Shown: positions 14,849-27,061, counted from the first letter of the stretch. The stretch: 37,071 nt of DNA from Histomonas meleagridis 2922-C6/04-290x (GCA_020184695.1 JAANOX010000066.1:1-37071); one strand, 5' to 3'. Made by a program: numbers and translations. The notes: generated from the letters alone by a model not told the origin.

Positions 14849-16529
14849 AGTATTGATGTTTATCTTCATTAATTGATGCTTTTTGTTTTTTGTTTCTCAT
14901 CTTTGGACCTTTCTTGAAGATAATTTTGGTTAGATCAGGATAAATCTTTGTTAAGAGCTATTTTATGCATTTTTATGAGTTTCTTTAATGTTCCTTCCTT
15001 CATCTTGTTACGGTTCCACCGCATCAGGGCACATAGGTTCATATTCATTACACTTTAGTATATGTTTATTAGAACACAATTGTTTTGTGATATTGGTTGA
15101 CTACAAACGAACAAATAAAAGTGTTCTCGATGGAACAAACATTTAAATTATATTTGCGTATATTCGAAAATTGGTTCATTACACACCATGATATTTTTGT
15201 CGGATATTTTTGTTCAAGACCTTATGTATCTTTGCTTTATATATATTAAATTTCCCGTCAGTTAAGTTATTTGGGCAAAATTGGCGCATATAACATCATG
15301 ATGAACTGATAATATTTGCCTGTGTTGATATTTCTTTGAATTTCAGATGGATTAATCTGCTGGAACAAGTGTACATTTAGGAAATGTTGAAATTTTAACA
15401 ATGATTAAAAGGACTTTGATAATGTAAAATTTTGTTTCTATGTTAACTCTCATTTTTGTTTATATGAAACATTTTCGTATGAAAAGATTTTCCTATTGTG
15501 AACCTTCTTATTTGGTGAGATTAATTTCGTTTTGTGTTACATATCTAAAAGCATTTGTTGAATACTTTTTGGTGAAGAATTAAATGTTTTATGAGCATCC
15601 TTCATCTGTAAATGGTTCAGTTGCATAAACTACAGTTGAAAGCGTTTGGTTGCCAATCATTCCCTGAATTAAGTATTGTTTTATCAGGTTGTTTTAACTT
15701 GGACATATTCCTGAACCAATTTTAGGAATGTGCCATATATGATACTGGTTCTGTGTCTTCAACTGAGCAATGCAGAGGAAATAACTTCGTACTTGCCATC
15801 AACAAAATATAGTTTGTTTCAAAACTATACCAAAGGCATTAAATAAAATATTATTACCAGTAAAAATCAGTTTGGTATAACAATTTTAATAATTAAACAA
15901 ATAATAATTTTAATAGAATTTCCAATGGGCAATTGTATTTTATTTTTAATATATAAATTAATATTTTTTAATTTAATTTAAATTCTTTAAAATGTTGAAA
16001 TTTCAAGAAATGTTTTAAATTTAGAAATGTTTTTCAAGATCTTGATTTATTACGTTTTTCAACAATACCAAATTGCTATATGTAGCATTACAATATACAA
16101 ATTCATGATTTTAACTTCCCAGAAAATGATACACATTATTGATAATGGTAGATGAAATGAAAAAAAAATTAAAAACAATTTTCAAAATTTAAATTCAAAG
16201 GATAATTTTCTCTTCTGGCAATAATGTATTTACATATTAAATCTAGAGCATTAGATTGTTTCAGTGATATTTCTTCATTGGAAACAAACAAAGATATTCA
16301 ATTTGTTGTAATGGAACCAAAAGGAAACTCATGCAATTCTTTCAATTTTAAACAACGAAGACAGGAAACTGAATATTTACCGACTTTACATCTTCATTAA
16401 GTTTTGGAGAAAGACAACACAATATCTCTTTTTATTAACGAATGGACTTCTCGATCATAAGCAGCAAGTTGTTTTTTATATTTTTTCTCTACGTGAATCC
16501 CAAGTTAAGATATTCAAATCATCCATTTT

Positions 16530-17502
16530 CAGAGTGTTTCGATATCGGTTCATGTTTATCAGACCCAAATCTTTATTCTCCACAGCTACAAATTTACTCG
16601 TAGTATTATACAGCATTTCAATTGAATCAATTGGATCCTTAAGTATACAACAGATTTTCAGTCAAATTTTCATTTTCCAAGTACCAAATCCCAAAGCAAA
16701 CATTATCAGATCGACATCACACATTCGAATATCCCTTATTGTTATGCGAGAAGAAAATGATTCCGATAATGTAATGGATCATAACCAAGTTCTTATTGAA
16801 ATTCTACAAGATCAAACATTTTGGAATAACTTTGAAGCACCACTATTTCTTCCAGCTCCAAATTTATCACCAATTTTTGAAGATGAAGTATCGGTGTTAA
16901 TTCATTGATAATCATTTTTTATTTTCGACAAAGGTGTTACAGTTGGATCAAGGTCCAGCTGCTATTGTGCGTTATTAACAAAGCCACAGAGTTTCGGCTT
17001 CGCTGTTGCCGATCGGTTCGATAATCGAACTCAAAAGACTCGACATTAGTAGAAGAAATCAACTTACAACCATCTGGTATGGTTTCTAATGAAAATAACA
17101 CAGAAGTAGCCAAAGAGGTGATAAATAGATTAGCTTCTAATAACCAAAATATACCCAAAATCTTGTTAAACCTGGATCTCACTGTTGCCTCTATTGATGT
17201 TTATTTTGAGCTATATCTCTGGCCCTTCAGATTTTTAATTGAATATATATCGACGACCGTTAACACGTAATATGGAATTCGAGACAATCAGACTATGTTT
17301 TGAGAGGCCCGGACCTCATGAAATGATGGGATTCATTAATATCAAAATGACCATTAAGGAACGCCAATGGTAATGATTTGAATTTTTTATCAGGATCAGC
17401 TAGATCAGTCAGGAAGACAATTAAATACACTTTTGATTCACCATAAATAAGTGTTTTTATAAAAGAAAATTCTTTAACATCATTTAATTTGAATGAATTC
17501 AT
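16530..17502 (-). pseudogene. Fragmented reading frame, unknown protein
   Basis: Track ORFs 17293-17502 and 16937-17182 look like consecutive pieces of one minus-strand gene, continuing into LELEEIVVLQSYSKMFDLVEFQ. Confidence 0.3.
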
Positions 17503-19149
17503 TTAATTCATTGAGTGGTTATAATGTAACCTCCCATTTTGTATGATCTTGAAAAGATGAACAGAGAAAGAGTGAGCTTTATAACAAATGAGTTGCTCAT
17601 ATTGTAAAGTCTTTAAGGAATATGTTTTATTTTTCAAGTTTGAAGATCTCAAAGATATCAAAACATGAGGTTGCTTATCAGATGGTCTCCCAAAATGAGC
17701 GATCGGCTAGCAGAGACCAGTGCGAGACCAAATGTAAAGAAATTTGTTTTCGACAGTGTGTGTCACTAGTGATGATGAAAAGGAATCTCTATTCGTGAAA
17801 GCACAGACTGTTTCTAATGATTCTTAAATTCAAATATCTTTATTGATCTTATTAAATCGTTATTTGTATGGTCTGAAATTCTTAATTAAGTGTTTTTGAT
17901 CTCATTCATTGTCAAGATAATACATGGGAAATCGCATTCAATTTCTGACGGTTTTGAGTAAAACTTGTTTTACATAATAGACATTCTTGAGTTTGACAAT
18001 GTTTGTTCGATATGATCAAATCATGATGAACGATCGAAATAGAATTCTTCCACAGAAAGTAACAGAAATTATCAGTGTCTTTGCGGAAGCTAAGGGTGTT
18101 GTTTCTTTTAGGATACCTTCCAAATTTTAGACCTATGTCGGTTTGTTTTGTTTCCAATCCTTTTGGGATCCCATTTCCAGATATGGATCTGCTGCTAACA
18201 GGTATGTTTTTATTATGACACTCCTTTGAAAGGTGTTCTTGATGGCATTATAATTTTAGTGATAGGTAATCAATCGAGACCACGATAGTGGTTTCAAAGA
18301 TACGCGTATACTATATGACTAGGATTTTATACAAACTATTCTAATGACACTGCATTTTAATTCTATAGTCTAATTACTGAAAAGTGTCGATGATTAAGTC
18401 GACGATACAGGGTCGTCAAGTCAAGCAGCCATATCCATGGCGTTAGCTCATCAACTCTTTCGAGTTCAAGTTCCTTCTTTTGCGGCCCAATTCAGATAAA
18501 AGAATGTGCTTCCATGTAGCTATTTGTCATATCGCATTTTGGCATTATTCACAGCATTTGATGACTTTGTATGTACCTTATTTTGGTTCTGCTCTTTCGC
18601 ATGTATACATCCGATTTATCCAAGGAAAAACGGAAATCGAGAGGATTCCCATCTTTTCAGGTTGAAAGAAAGCTTATTCCAGTTCATCTCTGATGATAGT
18701 GTAGTGGAAGATGAAGAAGGTGAATGCATTCCACATCCAAAACGTATACGTGAATCGATGTCTAATACCGAAAGATTCCAATGCAATCCAAACCAACAAA
18801 TGAAATACAAGAACGATAAATAGTATAACCCATTCCAAGGTAACCCGCGACACTGTTGGCGAATGAGATCATCGTGCTGTAAAAGATTGTATCTGTTCAT
18901 TCAGTTGAGTGTTTCTATCAAAGCTGTGTGAGTTAGAAATGGAAACATGTACAGAAATTGCTGCGTTATATCCAATGGAAAGGATTGATGATCAAAGAAA
19001 ATTTGCATGTTAATCGTTATTTTGAGATATAAAAATTTGTATGATTTCTTTTTGCGTTAAAGCTTCTTCATTTGTTATACCTTTTAAATGTTTAAATAAG
19101 TGAATTATAATTGCTCATTTTCGAAAATGAAACAAGATAATAATAAACA

Positions 19150-19900
19150 GAAGAAGACGTTATCATGTTGAGACGGATCTTACATGGCAAATAAACGAAA
19201 TGATTGATTCGATGTTATTGTCTTGTAATTTTGGAGACTTCTTTAGTTGTCTTTGCCTTTGTTTCTTCATCTGATGTGGATCCATCAGAATCATCAGTTT
19301 GTGCATATGATTTCGTGACATCTTTCTGCAGCTTTCATTATCTTTTAACCTTACGTGTTTTGGTGATGAAGATGGGATTGGGTGCTCTGGTGGAGTATTG
19401 CGATTCAGATCGCTATCGATTCAGATTTTGCGTTCAGTTTCTAATGTTTCTTCTAAAAGACTATTGAACCATGTCGCTATTATGTATTTTGGCAGCATAT
19501 GTCAGTTGGCGCTTGAGATTGGCATCCAGGTAATCATCTCTGGATTCCCTCTTTCCAGAAGATGTGCGCAGTAGCGTTTGATTGGCTGCAACAGCAAGAA
19601 ATCTGAAGCCCGGATCCATCCAGAGGCTGTGGGAGCATCTAAAGTCGAGCTGCAATCCTCAGAACGTCTTCGCGATTAATGTAGTGTGTCCACGAGATGC
19701 AGCAATATGTGCAATGGTGTCCATCTTCTGTTTTGTGCATTGATGTCAGCTCGTCTATCTTCAATAAAAGATCTACACACCTTCAAGACGACCATGTAGA
19801 AAGCTGTCCAATGTAGTGTATGTAAAGCCCATAAAATTGCATTTGATATGTTCTTAACTCAGCGCCATCGAGTAGATGTTTGTACATTCATGGAACCGCA
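19150..19900 (-). pseudogene. Ankyrin-repeat protein pseudogene with low-complexity acidic/Ser-rich tail
   Basis: Fragments TLHWTAF, RADINAQNRRWTPLH, IAHIAASRGHTTLI and QLTYAAKIHNSDMVQ occur in different frames, followed by TDDSDGSTSDEETKAK. Confidence 0.55.
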
Positions 19901-21922
19901 GGCACGAAGCACTACATTATTAAAGACAAAGGACCTGTCATCTAGGATGAGCTGATGCATTTCGGCTCACTTGACTATGGAACTAGTTCTGTAAGCCCGT
20001 CAATATCAATCACATTCCTGATGCCATTGTCATGCTTTAGCAATTAAATCATTCATTAAAGAAAGAAAATTTAATGACGGTTTAGAGATTCGCTGTCAGT
20101 GTAACGTCCCATACGACGGTTATTAGCATATGAAAAGTGTCTGTTATTTTCTCAATTCTTTGAATTGCGTTCTGAAGGATTGAATGATGCATTACGAAAT
20201 GAAATCAGACACATATTTTCTAATTTCGTGATTTCTTTAAAACAAACTAAATACCACGCATTATGTAGTGAAAGCTCTTCAATAAAGTCCCTCTGCAGGG
20301 ATCATCATCGATATGGTAGCAGTTCTGAAAACACCAGTAGCATATGTCAAGTAATATTACTATTTTCGGTGTGACTTGATTTCTGATCGCATCTTCATTA
20401 TCTCGTTGTTGTAAATCAGAGATCATCATTTGTATCAACAAGTGAGTTAAACTATAGCTATAAAAATAACAACAAAAATGGAAACAAATGTAAATTGTGT
20501 ATCATTTGATGAATATGTTTGCAGTTTGTATCTTTAGATAAATTTTATGAATGAGTTGAATAAAACGTCAAAGTAGTAATCGTATAAATAGAAATTCTTT
20601 TTGAATATAACTTGAAGAAGAATCTAAAACATTCTACTAAAGAAAGATATAATTGTATGTATCGCGTATTAGTATAATGTGTATGAGCAGTGAGTATTTG
20701 TTAACAAATAGTTATAGAATATGTTTTCAGTTATTTTGAATTGGACTTGGTTTGAATGGTTTGAGTACGACTATCTGTTTGTCATTTGCAGGCTGATACA
20801 CCATGTGTTTCTGGCATATTATGTAAAAGTATGGAGTGTATTGATGACTGATTAACATAATTGGATGTGAAATTTAGAATTAGTTTTATCATATTTGAGT
20901 ATATATAAAGAGTTCAGAAAGATGGTGTCTAATGAGGATTAGATGAATATATTCAGGCACGAAAATTGAAACATAAAATATAAACTTTTCATACTGTATT
21001 AGTCACGTCGAGACAATATACAAAGGATGGTGATAAAATCTTACAGCGACCATAGATCAAAAAGTGTTGATGAGTGGAAATAAATACGGATTATAATGTA
21101 TTTTGTGATAGATAGTATTATTATCATTGCAGAAATTAATGTCTCATTGAAATATATTCAAGATTTTCATTAGGTGGACTATCTCAGTTTATGTTTATAA
21201 AACCAGAAAATGAAAAGGCCATATATATTGAGGTGTCCATTGGGACTGGGTAAATGATCGATGGATTAAATTGATAATTTATCCCAGTTTCCTGGGCTAC
21301 CTAGTGACTGAATTGAGACTACCATCACTTTCATGAAAATAAAAATGTTATGGATCAAGAAAAACAAGACATTTAAGAGTGTACTCAGTGATTGAAATTG
21401 TAGTTAAAATATTGTTTTAAAAATAAACATGATAATTATGATGCACATGAAAAGTAGTAGGAAATTGATCCATGACTCAGATTGAAAAATCAAACAATAC
21501 CAACATATTTAACCCTTATAAAATTAAAGAAAAGAAGGTTCCGACAAAATTTGATAAGCACAGAAATCATTTAACATAACATGCATTCCACCCTAATTCT
21601 GGAAGATCTATCGTGTCAGTGATACAAGTCTTGCTTAAGCAAATATTACGACATATTGAAGCAAGAATCATTAGAACAAGATAACTGTTTTATATAATGA
21701 TAAATGTGGAGAAACTACCACATTAAACCAAAGTTCTCTGATGCGTTGAATTAGCATTATTAAGACCTTCGTGATCTCTAGTACTTAACCTCCAGACTAA
21801 TGAACAAATTGGGTGATCCATCAGATGATCAGAAAAATTCTATCGTTGTATAGAATTTTGTTTAGTCAAAACATAAATGACACTTTTTATTCAGTTAACT
21901 TTTCTAATAGAGTACGTTTCGC

Positions 21923-22673
21923 TTAATGAAGCGAGTCTGGAGAAGGACCTTCTCTTTCTCCCATATCAAACTTGAATTCTCTACCTTTGACCCGAGTTAG
22001 CTTTCCACCGTTTGTAGTAGTAGTAGTGAGTTGTAGTGGATTTTATGTAGTTGTGTGCAGTTGTTCCTGGAGTTGTGGTAACCTCTGTTGTCTTAGTTGT
22101 CGATGACTTTGTTGTCATGAGTGACATGTATCGTTGTTGTTGTGAATGTTGCATGGATTTGAAATGGTTCTATAAGTTCTTGTTGTATGATTGATGTACG
22201 ATGTTTGATGGTTTTGTCGTTACATATGTTGTCTTTGTTGTAGATGTTGTGGCTGGCTTTGTGGTAACATATGTTGTCTTTGTGGTTGATGTAGATGTTG
22301 CTGGTTTTGTTGTGATATATGTTGTTTTGGTTGTTTTAACTGGTGGAGGTGGTGGTTGCTCTTCTGTTATATATGTTGTAATAACCGTAGTTTCATCAGG
22401 AATGACTTGTTTTGGAATAACAGCGTATTTGAATACTTTACACCATGTAGTACCTTGTGTCCATTTGCCTCTTGCTGCACAATATTTGCAGGCATCATCA
22501 AATGAATTGACAGTTACGATGTGGCGCAATTTGCACACTTACATCTTAGATATTGATGGTAGTTCGTCCACTAAAATGGGCATTTATCAGTTTCTGCACG
22601 CCTTACATACATCTGACCACAACCATAGCAAGAAACACGGTATATACTTGGGTGAGGTGTGAAAACTTGACAT
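21923..22673 (-). pseudogene. Double zinc-ribbon protein with Pro/Thr-rich repeats, frameshifted
   Basis: Two CxxC-x11-CxxC-like modules (CYGC...DKCPF and CANC...DACKYC) are split across frames, followed by PPPPP and TTKTTY(I/V)TTKP repeats. Probable stop at 21923-21925. Confidence 0.5.
22208..22340 (-). repeat. Coding tandem repeat, ~3 x 45-51 nt (TTKTTY[IV]TTKP)
   Basis: Visible in track ORF 22170..22538 and in the DNA (acatatgttgtctttgt recurs). Confidence 0.85.
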
Positions 22674-23240
22674 TACAAGATCCTCCTGAAAGGGTGTGGT
22701 CAAGAGTTTCATAAACTTCTCAAATTTGTGGGACCTATTATCAAAAAGTTGTATTGGTGATGTTTTTATTTTTTTGGTAAAATAATAATATCTTAATATA
22801 ATCAAAATAAAAGATAGATTAATTTATAATTTATTAAAAATGGAATATGTTTACTAATATTTTCCAATATGATGATTATATGATGTACATATAATTGGAA
22901 ACATTCATTAATAAACATTGTGTAAACTTACGGTTATTGTTTGTAAAAATTATCCCAAACGAACGAAAATGGTCATTGACAACATGTCAAAATATTTTGA
23001 GAAAATTACCCATAAATTTCCGGTGTATTTTTGAGATTAACGTATTATTTAAGTGATTTACACAATGCATTTCATGGACAATTCCCACATTTTCAGATAA
23101 TTTAATATATATTATCAAAATAAACATGTAAATCTAACCATATCTAAATACTTTGAAATTCTAATTCAATACCGCTCTTTAACCTTCATGTAACATATTC
23201 ACATTTCCTTTAATTAATCAATTATTTATCATTTATAAAA

Positions 23241-23951
23241 ATGGAATCTTATATCAGATCTAAATTGATTTGCGCATCATATCAATTTGTTCATGGACGA
23301 CAACCAAATCAAGAAGTTGACTATTTGATATAATAGGTATGTGAAATATCGAAGAAGTCAAGATGAGACTATGTGTGATAATAAACCATCACAAAAACTA
23401 CCAATATTGCTTCATTTGTGCATTTTAGCTATCTTTTATGACCAAATATATGCCAGCATGATTTCCTTGATGATTTTACATTTTTTCTTTTGTTAAATGG
23501 AAACTCATATTTTAATTCAAACACATGGAATTTCAAATTATTATGCGATAATGGGAATTGACATTTTTTTCAGACAAGCATAATGGCATGAACTATAATG
23601 TTAATTTGGGATAACGTCTGAGTGCGATTTGATCACTAGGGCAAGTTTTTGCAGTGTTTAGCGGTGGCGCATATTAGACAGGTGCCAATTGCAAGTCATC
23701 CGGATGAAATTGCAAGACGATTCAAGTTTTGGATGTAATTAATTATTTCTAATCCTTGTTCACGCGTCAAAGAATTATAATACATTTTAATTAATCCGGT
23801 TACTATTTCACGCATTTAATCATTTGATGATATTAATCAAATCGCTGACAAGATGATCTATTGTGAAGCATCTTTAATTACTCACTTCCATGTAATTGAT
23901 TGTGTTCAGAAAAGCATTATCCTGTTACTAATGTTATTACTGCTTGAATAG
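23241..23951 (+). pseudogene. Decayed gene with retained Inr and ATG, unknown protein
   Basis: TCATT at 23229-23233 and ATG at 23241. One frame runs to TAG 23949-23951 with ~14 internal stops, tail-to-tail with the gene ending at 23974. Confidence 0.4.
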
Positions 23952-23973
23952 CTGAAACCTTCTCTCGATATTT

Positions 23974-25446
23974 CTAAAATGCGATGTTTAATGCTTCTTT
24001 ATCATAATTTTTATCCATCCATGCGTCCATTATCTTCTTCATTTCGAACAGAGATATCATACCCATTTTGTTCTTCAATCCCAAATTGTCCATGAATTCC
24101 CATTCAGCTGCGAACATTATTTTGTCGTCTTTCATTGTGAAGTATCCCAGCATAAGGTTCTGATTCCCCGTGTCAGGTATTGGCGGCGCGCAGAACAACT
24201 CTCTTTTATGGCCCGATTGATCTTTGTCTCCTTTTATCACCAACGTGAATTTGTTTTGTGGTAATTTTCCTTCGAAACGAAGAATGAACATAACATATTT
24301 GTTAAAATCCTTAAAAATATTAGGCGAAATTGATATCTTTTGATCTTTCTTTTTGTTGTGAACAATTTTAATCCGATTAGAAACTAAATATTGCGTATGT
24401 TGAGTACTTTCTTGTGAATTAAGCCATTTGCCATCAGTGAACAATAAATAATCGATGGGACCTGGGAAGTTGGCTCGGATCGTGACCCATTCGGATGTTA
24501 TGTGGATACACTTGATGAGGTGTGAAATATTGTGGAATATGGAATAATGGACTATTGGAAATAACTTGCGCAAATTGCTCAAGCTTGGTGTAGGGCTCTT
24601 GGTAAAGAACTGGGACGTTTTTGACAACAACTTCTTTATCTGTAAATTCATATGAAAAACCAAACGTGCAGGTTGGACTGTCTGGATTGAACTGGATTTG
24701 AAGCTCACGCTGAACAAAGATGACAGGCTTCTCCTTTGCGTCAAACGAAAGAATATCTCCTTTGGGTAATTCTGGGGAACAGATCAGCCAAATGGAACCA
24801 TTGGATGGAGGTTGGTTGGGATCTATGTTTAAAATTGGATGGTATGTAATATCGGGATTAATCTTTGAAAGTCGATATGTATTTTGAAAAACATCCTCCC
24901 AATCATCAAATGTAGCAAGACCTGTCTTCTTGTTTGAAACCACATAAAACTATAGGAATGGTGGAAATTGCATAAATACTCGCCTTTTGATGGACTAAAA
25001 CTGTTTGATTGATCCTAATTGGTTTGAGCTCCAACATTAACATGGACTCTAAGAGATCCCTCACAAAGTGTGAGATCAACCTCATTATTTGGTTGATTAT
25101 TGCCAATGAAAAATGAACATGTTGAAAGATTTTCATCTTTTAAAACCATATTATGCTTAACTAATATGAATTCGATTTCTTGTGCTGCGTAAGAAGGCAC
25201 TATAAATGGATGTTCCATATCTTCATCCCATTTTGGATTTGCACTTTTGATAGTTTAGTTTGTCCGACATAAAAAGTATAGTGTTCATTTTTACACTGAA
25301 CTGTAATCATAAAGGTTAGCTGTTTCAGTTCTACCAAGTGTACCTGACGTATACGCGGTGAAACATGAAGCGATATTTGTGTTGTGCTATGAGTGATTAA
25401 ATTTGAATGAACGTTCGCCCCTCAAAATCTTGTGACTGAACGTCAT
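23974..25446 (-). pseudogene. C2-domain + putative TerD-like domain protein, several frameshifts and an internal TAG
   Basis: N-terminal pieces (YVGQTK/TIKSANPKWDEDMEHPF...IEFILVKHNMVLKDENLS) fit a C2 domain. The C-terminus (DQKISISP...YVMFILRF...NLMLGYFTMKDDKIMFAA) loosely resembles TerD. Track ORFs 25015-25218, 24434-24943 and 23974-24744 are successive pieces. Confidence 0.55.
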
Positions 25447-25739
25447 ATTTAATCGTTCAATAACTCAAATGTTTTATGATTTATCGGTTTTCATGTACAA
25501 AAAGTAGGTTAAATAAGAGTAAATCATTGGGTTTTCTTCTTTTTTTCCCCGAATCTATTCATAATTTCTCGTCTTACTAATAATAGTTCTCGCGTTTTTG
25601 AAACCTAAGGCATTGGATTAATATTCGTGTATTTGATTAATTTCATATTTATGAAAATTAAAATTTGAAAATGAAAGCTTAAACTATAAGTACTAGCAAC
25701 TGCTTTTGATTGCAAATGATTAAATATCTCAAATTTTAA

Positions 25740-26460
25740 TTAACTATAGTTGTGGATAGGATTTTAATAAATTATTATCATATAACAATTATAAATCCAT
25801 ACCAAAGTAAAAGTCATCATCCCAAGGAACAAATTGGCCGAGTCATATCTTGCAATAAATCAAAATTAACATCTGGGTCTTCTGTAACTGGTGCGTTTTC
25901 TAGTTGTTCTATAGGGAATGGTTTGTTGGTTCAATATATTTCTATCATTTTTGATTGCTTTTACCCATCATTGTGAAAATCTCTATTTGCGGATATACGA
26001 TCAGATATTTTCTCATTATCATCTTCAAAGGGATTATGACAACACAATCCCCAATGGTAACTGTTATCGATTTGATGTGGTTCCACTTATTTCCTCTTCT
26101 TCCCATGTTTTTCTGATTTTAATTTAATTGAAATAACGGATATAGTAAAGTGAAATATTGAATCGGGAAAACTATACACTCATTCAAAAGTGGAAATGTC
26201 AACAAGTGACATGTTCTGTGGATTCGTTGCCATGGCATAAAACTCAGAAAAGCATTATTGTGACATGTTTTTTGGAAAATTTGTCATTGGTCATTTGAAC
26301 AATACATGGCGTCACTTTTTTGGTTTAGTAATTTTTTCCAAAGTTTCAACTGAAGGAATTCCTTGAATAGAATTATAGCGCATTTCTGTATCGGATTGTT
26401 TACTTTTTATACGCAGTTTTCCTCCATTTAAGAATCGAAAGCATGTGTTTTTCTGATCAG
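25740..26460 (-). pseudogene. Stop-interrupted reading frame directly downstream of rps23
   Basis: About 240 codons in one frame (FLNGGKLRIKSKQSDTEMRYNSIQGIPSVETLEKITKPKK*RHVLFK*...PFPIEQLENAPVTEDPDVNFDLLQD) with 9 stops by hand count (6 TGA, 3 TAA). Confidence 0.45.
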
Positions 26461-26504
26461 AAATTTCCTATTATATAGGAAATGGAAAAGAAAAAAATGT
26501 TTAT

Positions 26505-26939
26505 TTAGCTCCTTGGCTTTTCTTTCTTTCCGAGCCATAAGGCAAGAAGAGAGAAACCAGCAACTTTGATAACTTGGAAACGAACTCCTGGAAGATCACC
26601 AACAGAACGATTTGAACGACCAAGACCAGCAACAAGAACACGGTCATTATCATCTATCAAACGAAGGGAACCATCACGTGGTACAAATGCAGTGATAACT
26701 TTGCTATTTTTCTTAAGTTGAACACGAACTGCTTTACGGATAGCAGAGTTTGGTTGTTTAGCTTCTACAGCAACCTTTTGTGTCACAATACCTGAAGCCA
26801 TAGCAACACCTTCTAATGGTGTCTTATAGATTGTTGTACTTTGCCTCTTGCGATATTTTTTACTTGCCCAGAGGTTATTTCTGTGAGCAACTCGAAGTTT
26901 ACGAGCTGCTTGCCTTCCACAGGCTTTGGATTTACCCAT
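26505..26939 (-). CDS. rps23: 40S ribosomal protein S23 (uS12)
   Basis: 144 aa with the hallmarks [24 protein letters not shown] and C-terminal KEKPRS. Confidence 0.97.
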   Translation of the reverse strand: MGKSKACGRQAARKLRVAHRNNLWASKKYRKRQSTTIYKTPLEGVAMASGIVTQKVAVEAKQPNSAIRKAVRVQLKKNSKVITAFVPRDGSLRLIDDNDRVLVAGLGRSNRSVGDLPGVRFQVIKVAGFSLLALWLGKKEKPRS

Positions 26940-26945
26940 TTTCAG

Positions 26946-26950
26946 AAAGG
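26946..26950 (-). promoter_or_regulatory. M5 (CCTTT) core promoter element of rps23
   Basis: CCTTT ends 6 nt before the ATG, the same spacing as in rps2. M5 is a known Trichomonas alternative initiator found in ribosomal protein genes. Confidence 0.65.
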
Positions 26951-27061
26951 AGGACCAGAACGAAAATTGACTAAACTTTGTTCGTATGAATTAACAAACT
27001 CTGTTTGTATTTTGACAGACTTTCCAAAACAAATTTGACTAAGTTTGTCAGGTTCTGAGCA

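Larger units (their letters stand above)
1..26460. pseudogene. ~26 kb block of decayed, gene-sized coding relics (mostly unidentifiable)
   Basis: The ORF track has no ORF >153 aa before 23.9 kb. Moderately GC-rich 0.6-2 kb segments alternate with very AT-rich spacers, as in the intact zone. Several segments read as protein in one frame for 200+ codons with scattered stops, and recognisable domains (ankyrin, C2, Zn-ribbon) are broken. Confidence 0.65.

Noticed and set aside
18202-18232. Possible GTATGT...AG intron in a relic
   Set aside because: No CTAAC branch point and no reliable flanking reading frame to test.
1-22000. Maverick/Polinton or giant-virus insertion
   Set aside because: The size fits, but I found no polB, rve integrase, packaging ATPase, protease or capsid motif and no terminal inverted repeats. 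The recognisable relics are host-type. An IIDEID string near 226-243 is too short to call an ATPase.
22201-22662. 153-aa Val-rich plus-strand ORF as a membrane protein
   Set aside because: It is the antisense reading of the Thr-rich repeat gene.
1-26460. Alternative genetic code (TAA/TAG=Gln, or TGA reassigned) in the left block
   Set aside because: All three stops and true frameshifts occur in the relic frames. Adjacent intact genes end in TAA and use no internal stop codons. Long TGA-free stretches such as 281-693 are within chance.
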